A stretch of DNA of 64,000 nt from Podospora anserina (lineage: Eukaryota), in contig CM030336.1 of NCBI GenBank assembly GCA_017654855.1, positions 3,906,001-3,970,000 on the forward strand, written 5' to 3'. A model generated the notes under the pieces. It saw only the letters and a list, made by a program, of their open reading frames with translations. It ran no database searches and was not told the origin of the DNA. Below are positions 26,212 to 37,257 of this stretch, one piece after another. How positions within the stretch are numbered: the first letter of the stretch is position 1; every line of letters begins with the position of its first letter. Position numbers and translations under genes: made by a program.

Positions 26212-27532
26212 CCCCGAAAGTCCGTAACCGCGTCTCTTTCTCACGATATTACCTGCGCTTCCCCCTCCACTCCAGCCTTGGTATCATCACATATCATCAC
26301 CGCCCCAGCATCTTCCACCAGGCCGGAACACCTGGCCACCACCCAACCCGCATCAGCGCGTGGACATCTCCAACTTCGGCCAAACCCTTTGGTTGGCGGT
26401 CGTTGCACAACTCCCACCCCCAGTCCAGTTGGCAAACCCCAGCAGCAACCGCCCGCCTTACAATTTCTTTCACTGCCGGGGATGTCCCACAATGCGTCTA
26501 ATCTCCAAGCGCTCACGAACCTACCATTTACTTCCCTCTCACCAGCCTGACGTTTCCTCGTCGTCGTTGAAACAAGCGCCGAAGCGTTCTCATTGGTCCG
26601 CAACCTACCCCTGCCAAGACCGACTTCGTAGCCGCTGGCACCAATCGCTTGGGAATTCCACCCCCCGCCCCCCTGTTGAGCCTCACTTTTCTCTGAACAC
26701 TTCATCTCTGCCGACTGGAGTGTTCTCAAATCATTCCGAGTGGGTTATAAAGAGGAAACAAAAACCCCTCATTTTTCACACAGCATCTGTGCACAATCCT
26801 TTGCTGGATGAGCTAGCTACTATACATAACCCTCCTTTGTGTATGACCAAGATAACATTCCTAACCCTCACCACCTACACATGCACCACCTACACATGCA
26901 CCAGAATTCCAGTAATCCTAACCCCTCTCATGAAGTAGTAGCTGCCTCGATTTTAATACACCCTGCTTCACAACGTCACCTCATGAACACACAAGTCACA
27001 ACTTCAATCCTTTGCCATGTTCAAAGACTTCTTTTGCACTGTCCATAACACATGCATCCAAACTTATATACCCATCCCCCACCCCAACTTCCTGCCGACA
27101 CCCCTCCTACCCGAATCGTATACACCAATAACGATACTGAATCCAGATCATGACCGCATTTCCCCCTCTCTTCCCTCCATCTCTCTCTCGATATATACAT
27201 ACATCTCTTCCAATGCAAAAAAGCTCTACTCCCACCAAACCACCCCGGGTATCTTATGCTGAATCGACTGAAACTGGAAATATGCTCCCCCCTCCTCCCC
27301 AAAGCCCCAATACACTCATAATGTGTATACTAAACAATGCTCATTCCAACACAACCAAGTGTTTCAATGTCCATCATCCCCCGAAATCCGCACAATCGTC
27401 GGACCCGGCGACTTCTCCGGTGATGTACACGGCGAAGGAAGCGACTGCACCGCATTGTCCGACTCGCTCTGAGCAACCTCAGAACTGCCCGCAGTAGAAG
27501 GTTTCTCCGCCATTCGAGCCACCATCACCCTC

Positions 27533-30500
27533 TCAACCTGCTGAATCTTGCTGACGTGCCCCCCCGCCCCCCCCCTTAACCGTCTCCTCAGACAAAACCC
27601 GGTTACCATACCCGTTAATCTCCACACCCTCCACCTCATCAACATTCGTAGCCACCAACCCCGCCATCTCCTCCCACTCCTCCCTCCTGAGCTGCTCTTC
27701 CACTGCATCCTCAACACCTGTCTCCATCGTACCCTCCCTCCTCCCCCGACCATCATCCCCCAAACACCCCGTCCAGGCTTCCCGAAACTTCAGCCCCAAC
27801 GCCACCGCCATGTGCCTCGACACACTATTCCCCACCAACTTCCACTTATCCGACTGCCTCCCCAGCAGCACCTCCTCCTCCGAAAACCCCTGCGCCCTTC
27901 GAGCCTCTGCCAAGGTAAAGGGCCTGCTCTCCCTCCAATGCAAGCCGTTCGCGGTCCTCGCGTCCCGAGGGTCCAACGCCGTCGTGATGGTAGGGAACGC
28001 AAGGTTCGGCGTAAGTCTTGACCACCCCTGTGCGGTGCTGGCAACCCGACCGCGCATCGTGCCCTCACCACTGGGGAACAGCTCCCTGTCCGCCGCCGTC
28101 ATCACCCCCTTTCCGCCATTCCACGTCTTGACGAAATTCATGCCGTGGGGGAAAATGGGAATTACAGCCACCTGCTGTCGAATAGCTCCGGTGAAGCCTA
28201 TAGTTAGACGGTGCTCCGGGTGAGATACGCAAGCATCCACCATGCCATCGATAATGTCGGGCAGATCTGCCGTTGCCTCGGACGAGCTGGTGTACTTGAA
28301 CGGCGTGGGAATATCAAGAAATCGCCGGACATAAGCCTCGCCATTGCACAGTTTCCCAATACCCCGCTGTTTTGTCCCCGGATAGTGGGAATGTGAGGGT
28401 GCGGGTGCTTCAGGCAAGCGCACGTCGGGGGTTGCAATGAGGAGAAACACCCGGTTACGCGACTGGGGCGCACCGTGGGTCCAGGCATCCCCATTCACCA
28501 GCTGAGCTTGGTAACCCAGGCCGATGACAGCACAGAACAGCTGGGACAGCGTGTCTTGGCTTCGGTTTTGGTGTGCTTGGACGATCGAGGCGACGTTTTC
28601 GAGAACAGCGTACTTTGGGCGATAAAAGTCGATAAAGGCCGCAAAGGACGCCACCATGGACTGGTTCTTTGTTTGCTTGAGGTCCTTCTTGTCTATGGTC
28701 AACAGTGAGAACCCAGGGCAGGGGCTGCCCGCTGAGATGACTTCCACATCGCCTGGTCGAGGAACATTATCCGAGAACTTTCCCTCCAGAGCTAGCCGTA
28801 GAAGGTCATCCACCGAGCCATAGAAAGGATGCACGATGTCTTGGTCAGGGGCGTTGGCCATATAGGTATGGATAGCCTTGTCCCAAGTATCGGCAGCCCA
28901 ACGCATTTCAATGGCGCCACCATCCTCAAGACCTCGTCCCAGGTTACCACTCCCACAGAACAAGTCCATTCCCCGCAGCTTGCGGGCATTGCCTGCCCTT
29001 GGATCAAATCCCTGACGCAGGGTCAAAGGCATGTTGCCAAGAGGAACAACCTTTTGTCGAGTGCCGTCAAGTTGGTGGGTGATATAGAAGAGATTCCCAG
29101 TTCCGCCGCGATTGTATGGGCTTGGAATAGGTGAATCAGCCTCGAAGACGCGCACTTGACATCTCCCTGTGATTCTGTCAGGCTTCATCACCACAAACTT
29201 GTCCGTATAGACGAGCTCGTTGGCGGCGGCGTTCTTGACCACAGAATCGACCTCCCCGCGCCTGAGGAGCCTCCGGAGCCGCACGAATATGGTGTTGCCT
29301 TGCTTGAACACCTTGACAATCTCACAAGGCTCCGTATATTTGTCCGACAAGTTCAACAGTACCAGGACTGTGTCGCCCGATTTGTAACCGAGCTTCTCCG
29401 ACACATGAGAGCATCTGATGTGCGACTCTTGCAGTGATACCCAACGTCGGTGTTCCACAATGTAAGTGTGCCGGACAAAAAAGTCGTCGCCGCTGGTCTC
29501 TGGGCTGCCGAACCAGTTGGCTTTGTGGACAGCCATGACCTCGTGCTCTTTAACCCTGGCATGCTTGCCCTCCTCACATGTACAATGATCGCTCAGGAAT
29601 AGCTCGTTCGGCCAAGGGTATCGCATCAAACAACACGGCGTCTCTGCAGGTCGGTATAGCCACGTGACATCGAAGCTTCGGGCGCCATCTTTGGCTTTGT
29701 GAACCTTTTGGACCAGACCGAACCAGCGCGAGTCGGTCACCCCCTCTTCCTTCTTCCACTTGGTGTTTGTGCTTTCATCGTCGTGTGGAGTAGAGATGGT
29801 GTCGCCAACTTGGATTGCATCAGTAACGTCGAGAGGTAAAAATTGTGTGGTCCCTCGGCGCCTCCCAGGAACATTGCACTCCATCTTGATCTGAACATCT
29901 GGTGTCGCTTCCCGGGCCGGCACTGGTGTTCGAAGCCCTCCATCTGGACTTGACACCACATGGAATACCTTCCCAAGAACCATATGTCCAAACAACTCAT
30001 TGATATACGGCGTTACGATGGTCGGAGCCACCTCAACATCCTGCTTCATCGGCCTGCCCTCCAGAAGCTTCGGGAGCTCCGGCACAGCTTTGGTAGACTC
30101 GTAGATATCGAGATTCATCGCCTCCCGAAATAGCCTCATCGAGCCGGCCTTCTTTTCCCCATGGACCCCAAAGACTTCTTTCCAAATAAAGTCGATGTTG
30201 TTGGCGACTGCAACCCTGAAGTCAATCCTAGGATACTGTCGCCGCCACTTTCGGAAAGCGGCAGATCCGCCATGGGTGCTCTCAAGCCACTCAGAGAAAG
30301 AATTCTTGAAGACTTCGAGACAAAGACTGCGGTTTTCCTGGAGCAAGTAACCAGCATAGTCGACGACGTGCTTGGCGAGATCCATGGCCCATACAAACGG
30401 TTCGTAAAACCTTTTGTATTCAACCGTTGGCCTCCGCAGTCGATAGTAGACCTCATTTCTCGAATTAAAGACCGAACGAACCCAGACTTCGCCATCCACG

Positions 30501-31396
30501 CTCGGGTGCTCAACCCCATAGTTGCCGATGGGAAGTTCAGCCACCTCGACTTTCTGAACAAAGTACTTGTGACCCTTCCAGCTGAGCACACCGTCAAAGT
30601 AGTACCGGTCGGTGGGCTTCCTCATGCCTATGTGCTGCAATGACCTCATTTCCAAAGGATAGTGTTTCGTATCCAGATAGAACGAGAACCGGTCCAAGTC
30701 AAATTCCATGAAATCGCCATCCATGGCGCCATGGGCCTCCTTCAGGGCCTGCACCGCAATGCGCTCCTTAACCACGGGGAAGGGAGGTACAAATCCATCG
30801 TGCTGGGATCTTGGCGTAACAAGTGTCGAAACAGGTATCTCGACAGAAAGTTGCTGGTTTGGAGGGACTGGGCTAGGCAAACAAGGTGCTGGCGTCTCAT
30901 TGAGGGTTTCTGGTGCCTCCTCGAGAATTTCTGATGTCTGGGCGATGACTGCCTGGGCGACAACCGCCATTTCCAAACTGACGAGTTCGGGCTCTGGAGA
31001 CTGTGATGAGCATGATCCCTGAAGTTCTGGCAATGATACTGGCGGCAGGCAAGGTGCATCTGGGAGGATTGCGCGGCAGTTGTCTGGCAATATTGGGGGC
31101 ATTGACCAGGACGAGTCTTCTGGCCCTGGCAGGAACACTGGCGGCAGGGAAGGTGCGTCTGGGAAAATCGCATGACATTGTGCTGGCAGGACTGGCGGTG
31201 ATGATGGTGGTAATGAGTCGACTACTGGTGACGGCTCATCCTGGTTCTGAAGGAGAGGCAGATGATCCAGAGATGCTGGGAGCAACGGCCGTAGTTGGTC
31301 CAAGATGGCAGCTTCCGTTTTATCATGCGTTGGGATGAGCTCATTGAACTCGAGGTCATGTCCCGTGGAGGGCCACGAATCCAGCACCCTCATCAT
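27533..31396 (-). CDS. dim-2: DNA (cytosine-5) methyltransferase DIM-2, with BAH domains and a C5-MTase domain; the C-terminus may extend to 27364
   Basis: Motif I DLFCGSGNLG, IV AGSPCPGFS, VI LENV, VIII PQSRNRVF and X KLVGNSV. DIM-2-specific segments ELPIGNYG, YEPFVWAMDLAKHVVDY and YPWPNELFLSDHCTC. Start taken at the first in-frame ATG (31396). Confidence 0.95.
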   Translation of the reverse strand: MMRVLDSWPSTGHDLEFNELIPTHDKTEAAILDQLRPLLPASLDHLPLLQNQDEPSPVVDSLPPSSPPVLPAQCHAIFPDAPSLPPVFLPGPEDSSWSMPPILPDNCRAILPDAPCLPPVSLPELQGSCSSQSPEPELVSLEMAVVAQAVIAQTSEILEEAPETLNETPAPCLPSPVPPNQQLSVEIPVSTLVTPRSQHDGFVPPFPVVKERIAVQALKEAHGAMDGDFMEFDLDRFSFYLDTKHYPLEMRSLQHIGMRKPTDRYYFDGVLSWKGHKYFVQKVEVAELPIGNYGVEHPSVDGEVWVRSVFNSRNEVYYRLRRPTVEYKRFYEPFVWAMDLAKHVVDYAGYLLQENRSLCLEVFKNSFSEWLESTHGGSAAFRKWRRQYPRIDFRVAVANNIDFIWKEVFGVHGEKKAGSMRLFREAMNLDIYESTKAVPELPKLLEGRPMKQDVEVAPTIVTPYINELFGHMVLGKVFHVVSSPDGGLRTPVPAREATPDVQIKMECNVPGRRRGTTQFLPLDVTDAIQVGDTISTPHDDESTNTKWKKEEGVTDSRWFGLVQKVHKAKDGARSFDVTWLYRPAETPCCLMRYPWPNELFLSDHCTCEEGKHARVKEHEVMAVHKANWFGSPETSGDDFFVRHTYIVEHRRWVSLQESHIRCSHVSEKLGYKSGDTVLVLLNLSDKYTEPCEIVKVFKQGNTIFVRLRRLLRRGEVDSVVKNAAANELVYTDKFVVMKPDRITGRCQVRVFEADSPIPSPYNRGGTGNLFYITHQLDGTRQKVVPLGNMPLTLRQGFDPRAGNARKLRGMDLFCGSGNLGRGLEDGGAIEMRWAADTWDKAIHTYMANAPDQDIVHPFYGSVDDLLRLALEGKFSDNVPRPGDVEVISAGSPCPGFSLLTIDKKDLKQTKNQSMVASFAAFIDFYRPKYAVLENVASIVQAHQNRSQDTLSQLFCAVIGLGYQAQLVNGDAWTHGAPQSRNRVFLLIATPDVRLPEAPAPSHSHYPGTKQRGIGKLCNGEAYVRRFLDIPTPFKYTSSSEATADLPDIIDGMVDACVSHPEHRLTIGFTGAIRQQVAVIPIFPHGMNFVKTWNGGKGVMTAADRELFPSGEGTMRGRVASTAQGWSRLTPNLAFPTITTALDPRDARTANGLHWRESRPFTLAEARRAQGFSEEEVLLGRQSDKWKLVGNSVSRHMAVALGLKFREAWTGCLGDDGRGRREGTMETGVEDAVEEQLRREEWEEMAGLVATNVDEVEGVEINGYGNRVLSEETVKGGGGGARQQDSAG

Positions 31397-31937
31397 CCCG
31401 AGATGGTAAGTGTGCCAGAAAGAAGCCGAGAGAAGCGATGGATCCTTGAGACAGGCGACATGAGAACCGTCCGGGTCGGAGATGGTCTTCGAAAGCGAAA
31501 AAGTCGTCCAAAATCCTCGGCCGGGGATCCTCTCTCCCGAAGAAGAGCAGACAGTGACAAAGTCGGGAGTGGGTGTACGGGTATGCGTACCAAACAATTA
31601 GCAATAATCCGCCCAGGCAGAGAAAATAAAGATAGAAAAGTTGAAGCAGAAACCCTTCCAGACCAAAAGAAAAGATGGCTTCACAAAAAGCAGAGAGCAA
31701 CAAGATAGGGAGATGTCTCAATCTGGAAGTCGCGTGGTACCTCGTGGTTGTGCTCCGGGGTTAGTCGCGCTGAGAAAAACAAGCCATCGGCCAATCAGAT
31801 GAGCCCATGCAGACTCATGCAGACCCACACTTCTTCGAGAGCAACAAGAAGTCAACAACGAGAGACAGTTGTAGTGAGACTTGAGAGGCATTCACATTTC
31901 TGTATTTCTTTATTTTTACGCATAGTACCTATCTCAA

Positions 31938-34900
31938 CTAATCATCATCAAAAGCCTGCTCAGAAGAAGCACGAGCAATCCGATCGGCCCAGCGTGCAGC
32001 CAGAGTCGAGTCAATAACATCATCCTTCCCATATCCCCTATATGCGCTGGGCCAGGCCCATGTACAACCATGGTGCTCAACTAGATGCTCCAGTCGCTTC
32101 CGAACGCGCTCCATCTCTGCCTCTTCCACCAGGTCCTTCCCTATCCGAGCAAAGTACGCAATGGTGTGCATCATTTGCTGGTGGGCATGTTGCTTTGGCT
32201 CTTTGATCTCCTCGGAGAAGTAGTCCGACATCCACCCGTCCAGGACCCAGTCCATGATATGCACCATCTCCTTTCCATCCCCGCAGCAAGCCATCGCTTT
32301 CATGTAGCGATACACTGTCAACGCGCTCATGTGGTATCGTGTCATGTCTTGGGGGAACAGCCGAGTGCCCGCTTCAACCGGACTAGAGAGGTTGACAAAA
32401 GATTGCACCGCCCGCAAACGTGCTCGAGCAAGCAGGTTAGCCAGCCGTTTCTTCCGTGGTATGGGTCGCCGCTCTGTGAGGGAATGTTGAAATGTTGCCA
32501 TTTTCAACGTCTTTCGAATCATGTAACACAGCGCCAAGAACGCAACGGTGTCATCACCCTGGATATGCAGCGTTCGCTCATAGATCCTTAGAAACGCATC
32601 CATCGTCAGCACAAGGTGGTCCATCCCGTGACCTCTCGGGTTGTGCAAAAGAGCCTTTTTCGAAAGCGCCGTCAGAATTGTGTGCCATGGCTTCCTGTCG
32701 TTCCGCGAAAGTACCGGTCGAGCCGCCTGGCAGAGATGGGCGAGCAAGATGGCCTCAGCCACCGGCCCACATCCGAAGTCGCGTGTGAAGAGCGTCGTAT
32801 GTCTTGTATAAGAAGCACTATCGACATGGACCCGACACAGCATAGCAACCCAGGCATTGACGAGCTGAAAGTCTAGAGCTCCGAGAGCAGCTTTGCCTTC
32901 CTGGGTGTCCCACCGCCTGAAATCAGACAGGATATCTCCAGCAAAGTGGAACGGGCTATCTCGAACATAGTTCAGGGCTTCCTGTTTCGAAGGTGCGTTT
33001 GTCAAGAGAATGTCAAGATAGTGCCCAACCGGTTTGAGCCCTTGTGAGAGCAACGTGTGATATAGCTCATCTGGAGCCGGAGGGGTGATTCTGGTAATCT
33101 CGAGAGCAGTCAGATTCCCGTTATGGATCGGAAACGTTTCTTTGACGTCCCCTGGCCGGAGTCTTTTGACAGATGGCGCTTTATGGGCATAGAGCTTGGC
33201 CATCATCTGACCAGCAACTTGGGCGTCTGGTTGCATTGCGGGAAGAGGAGGTCTCTGGAACAATCGCCAAGCTTCCCGGGCGTTCCTAGTTGCTTTGATT
33301 TGCAAGGCCCAGTTCCGGTGCAGGTTGAGGGCGGCATGCTCACCTGACACTGTTGGAAGTGGCACGCTTCTTGTTTGAATGGACGGTGGCTGGCCAAAAG
33401 TCGACCCTGCCAACACTGAGATGCCCTGGTCGATCACATTGGTAGGGTAGCCAGCCTCGCGAGCAAGGAGGCCCGCCATGGAGCTCCGGCTCAAATCCTC
33501 TTCGGGGTCACGGCGCTCGTCAACCCCGTCGACGGCTTGCCGATAAGGAGGCCATGTTGCTGCGATTCGCTCTGCGTTCTTGATCTCGCCCTTGCTTTTC
33601 GGAAGAGCAGCCAAGACCGCTTGTATAGCACTGTAGCTCTCCTTGTCGGGAACTAGGGGAGGGTCGAACGATGATGCAATGCTAAGGACAAGTCGTTGGG
33701 CGGCCCAGTTGTAGGGCATATTGGCAAGTGGACGCATCCTCGACGGCCAGCTAAAGTATTGGAGAGCTTTGTTGAAGACAAAGGATCGGACTGCATGGCT
33801 GCTATGTCCCTTGGAAGGGTCATCAGATATAGTGTTGATGTAGTCGACGACCAACTGCGCGATTGCCGTGACTGCTGATGGCCATGAATCCCGTGTATGC
33901 CAAACAAGGCGATGTAGCACTCCGTTGAAGTGCCACCACGTCATATCCCGACCCCTCGACTGCGGCAGCAAATGCCTATCTTCACTTTCAGGCCGATGTC
34001 GGTGAACGTAATTGTCCGAGAGATACTGGACCAGGTCCATGAAGCTTTTGGGATTGGCAAAGAGCCGGTCCGTGGCGAACATGGCCTGTAGCAGGAAGAA
34101 TGGCTTGCGGCAGCTGCTCCTAAGAAATCTTTCAACTCGCAAGTCGGCATTATGGCAGGAAAGAATCCATAACCAGGTGGCAATGTCCTGCTCCGTGATC
34201 CCTTTGGAAGACTCTAGCTGTTTTATTCGCGCGTTCCAGGCCACTGTGTCCTCGAGATAGCGAGCTAATGGGATGTGTTTGCGTGCCCGGGCACGCATGT
34301 ATGCGTCTCGCCGGAGCAGTAGTTGGGCTGTCAGGACAGGGAGGCGGGATGATGTGTTGCAGGCTACACCGCGAGCAAGAGGCCATTCACTGATGGTCCA
34401 CTGATCGCTCGGGAAGCGCATGAGGGCAGCCAGCGTCATGGCGGGCGCAGCCCAGTCGAAGTCCTTGTGGTATGACGGGGTATACTGAAATGCCTCCCCC
34501 TTCCACGCATCGCCCCCCACAGGTCTTGCCCAGCCCCAGGTGAGGGCCAAGGAAGGTCCTGCACGATCCATCCACAGCTCATCGTCCTGCTCTTGTGCTG
34601 ACAGATGATCCCAGAAGTTGGAGTACTTTTTGGGGAGGCAATCGACCCGTCGTGGGAGTTCTGAAACCTGCTTTTCTTCTTCTTCTACTACTACTTCTTC
34701 TTCTTCTGCGAACTCTGTCTCCAATGTCCTCATCGGTTCCGAGAACCTTTGCGGGAGTGGGGCATCTTGGCCGCTGCCAAACGTGCTGAAGTGTGTGCCA
34801 TTGTTCAGTAAACAAATGGATGCTCTGGTAAACGATGCTTGGTTTAAATACTGTCGGGGGTGCCCGTGAAGGCGCTGAGCAGAGGGAGTTAGCAATAGCA

Positions 34901-34998
34901 GTTCATGTTATGTAGAAATATCATTTCGACAGTACCAGCAAGAGATGTCCTCTGTTCTTTGCACCACCCCTCAAGGCGATGATTCTCGCGCCAAGCAT
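31938..34998 (-). CDS. Large conserved hypothetical protein, probably mitochondrial, possibly a degenerate PPR-like helical-repeat protein; intron 34875-34935
   Basis: 985-codon open frame. Upstream exon MLGARIIALRGGAKNRGHLLL joins in phase 0 through GTACTG...GCTAAC...CAG and gives an Arg-rich, acid-free presequence. Helical segments such as WALQIKATRNAREAWRLF. Function is inferred only. Confidence 0.75.
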
Positions 34999-35339
34999 TG
35001 GTACAGGCAATGGCCGGTCATCGTGGCAGCTACGGCTCACTATTGTTCGTCGGGCACTGTCATGTGGTCGAGAAAGAGAAACGTCGAGAGGAGTTATTGT
35101 TGCTATCGATCTCCCACGTTGAGGTTCAAAAATTGAAGATTCAGAAGCTTGGACATCCATCCATCCAGTCGCCAAGCTCCACCTGCACCCCACCACCAGG
35201 ACCAGGGGCATCTCTTGGCATCTCCCATCGCTCGCAGTCCCCACAGCTAATCCCTGCTCAAGCTTCGGTTTCGAAGCTCCAGCCTCGTCGCGACTTGCGC
35301 CTGCTTCCCAACTGCTCAGGGGCATCACGAGCAGGCAAG

Positions 35340-37257
35340 ATGCCCGGACTTGTTAGGAAGAAACGGATCAGCGACGAACCAGATACACAAGATGCTCCCG
35401 CTACGACATCCACTTTACCAGGTGCTCCTTCACGAAGAGCAACTCGTCAATCCTCGACCGCCCCGCTACCGACACCAGAAGATCCCGAGCCACGACGCCG
35501 TCGCCGCCGCGTCGAAAGCGAAGCGGAGGAAGAGCTACCCGTGACATTGCCACTTCGCAAATCCCGAGCACTTCAAGGCAAGGAGAATGTGCCTCTGACC
35601 ACGGGGGAAAACTTACCAAAAGCCACGCGCTCCACACGGCATAGCGGCGGACTTGAGACTGGGGTTGCTGAAAACCTTACACCATCGGTGCCCTCTCAGC
35701 CTGCTCCAGCGTCACTACCTGTCCCCACGGTCCCTCATCGCTCGCCTGTCGCCCCTCGTCCGGTTGGCAGACCACCAGGTCGACCCTCAGGCCACGCACA
35801 GACAGTGCCTCCAAATCAATCCGTTACCGTGGGACGAAACAAGCCCATCACCATGGCTACGTCAGGCTCGCAACCAGGCCATCCGGCGTCGAAAACCGAC
35901 TCCGTAACGGCGACGAAGACGTCCGATCGAAAGAGTGCCATCAAGAATACACAGACCGACCGAAACATAGACAAGGTCGTCCTTGGAGACCTCTGTTTCA
36001 AGACTTGGTACCCTTCCTACTTTGGCAAAGAAGTCCTGGACAATGGCCCCGGCACGCTCGACCGTCTCTATGTCTGCGATTGTTGCTTCAAGTACTCCAA
36101 AGAGCTAGTCGCTTGGTGGCAGCACGTTCAACTCTGTCGGGCAAAGAACTTTATTCCAGGTTCAAAGATATACACCCACCCCAAAGGCCAGCGAACCGTT
36201 CTCAAGGCATGTGGTCCACCGCCCAAATCCGGCAGAGGTAGGAAGAGCAATGCCAGTCAAAAGATGGTAGAGGAGTTGGTTCAAGACCAAGGGGAGTGGA
36301 GCATCTGGGAGGTTGACGGCGAGGTCGATGTGGTAAGTTGTCTTGGGCTGGTGTTCGTCATGACATAAAACTAATTATTCTGGACAGCTGTTCTGCCAGA
36401 ATCTCTCTCTGTTTGCCAAACTCTTCTTGGACAATAAGTCTGTCTTTTTTGACGTCACCGGCTTCAAGTATTTTCTGCTCGTCTACACAACCCCGGCTGT
36501 TCCAGCACCGTCTTTGCCAACACCGCCAGAACACCCATCATCCTCATCCGGCTCCGGCAACGCTCCTCGCCAACCACGTAGCCAGGTAGTCGGGTTCTTC
36601 TCGAAAGAGAAGATGTCCTGGGACAACAACAACCTGGCATGCATCCTCGTCTTTCCACCATGGCAGCGCAAAGGCCTGGGGTCATTGCTGATGGGCGTAA
36701 GCTACGAGATCTCCAAACGGGAAGGAGTGCTAGGTGGACCTGAGAAGCCCATTAGCGAATTGGGCAAAAAGGGGTACAAGAGGTTTTGGGGCAATGAGAT
36801 CGCGATGTGGCTTCTGAGTATCCCACCGACGAGCTCGGGTGCCATAGAGGATGGACAAGAAGTGGCGACAGTTGATGTTTACGACTGCAGCAAGGCCACT
36901 TGGATAGTTCCTGAGGATTGCTTGATGGTGTTGAGAGACATGGGAGTTGTGGAGGATGCAGGGGTTGGGCCGGTGGTGAAGCATTCTGCGCTTGGTACAC
37001 CCGCGGAACTGGAAGGTTTGACCGGTGCGCCAGTGCCAGCTCCTGATGGTGTTGCCAACAATGAGAAAGAGGGCACGCCACAGCAGGAAGAGCCAGTGGC
37101 TCATCAGCGGCGGGTCATGATCCGGCACGAGGCAGTGATGGAGTGGGTGAAGAAGAACAGGATCAGCTTGAAAAAGCCATGTGATCCAAACGGTTTTGTG
37201 GAGGGCTATGCCATGAAGAAGGAGAATGATTCTGCGGCGGCAGAGGAGTCGGGGTAG
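35340..37257 (+). CDS. sas2: MYST-family histone acetyltransferase, Sas2-like; intron 36333-36387
   Basis: RNIDKVVLGDLCFKTWYPS, C2HC finger LYVCDCCFKY...HVQLC, LFCQNLSLFAKLFLDNKSVFFD, VGFFSKEK, NNLACILVFPPWQRKGLG and GGPEKPISELGKKGY. No chromodomain or PHD, which fits Sas2. Confidence 0.88.

Noticed and set aside
25798-26244. N-terminal extension of the 799-aa ORF (VCVCVC, THTHTH)
   Set aside because: It is a translation of microsatellites and poly-T. A good signal peptide starts at ATG 25797.
34998-35339. Upstream extension of the sas2 ORF
   Set aside because: It starts at a non-ATG codon and spans the short divergent promoter shared with the minus-strand gene. ATG 35340 is the plausible start.
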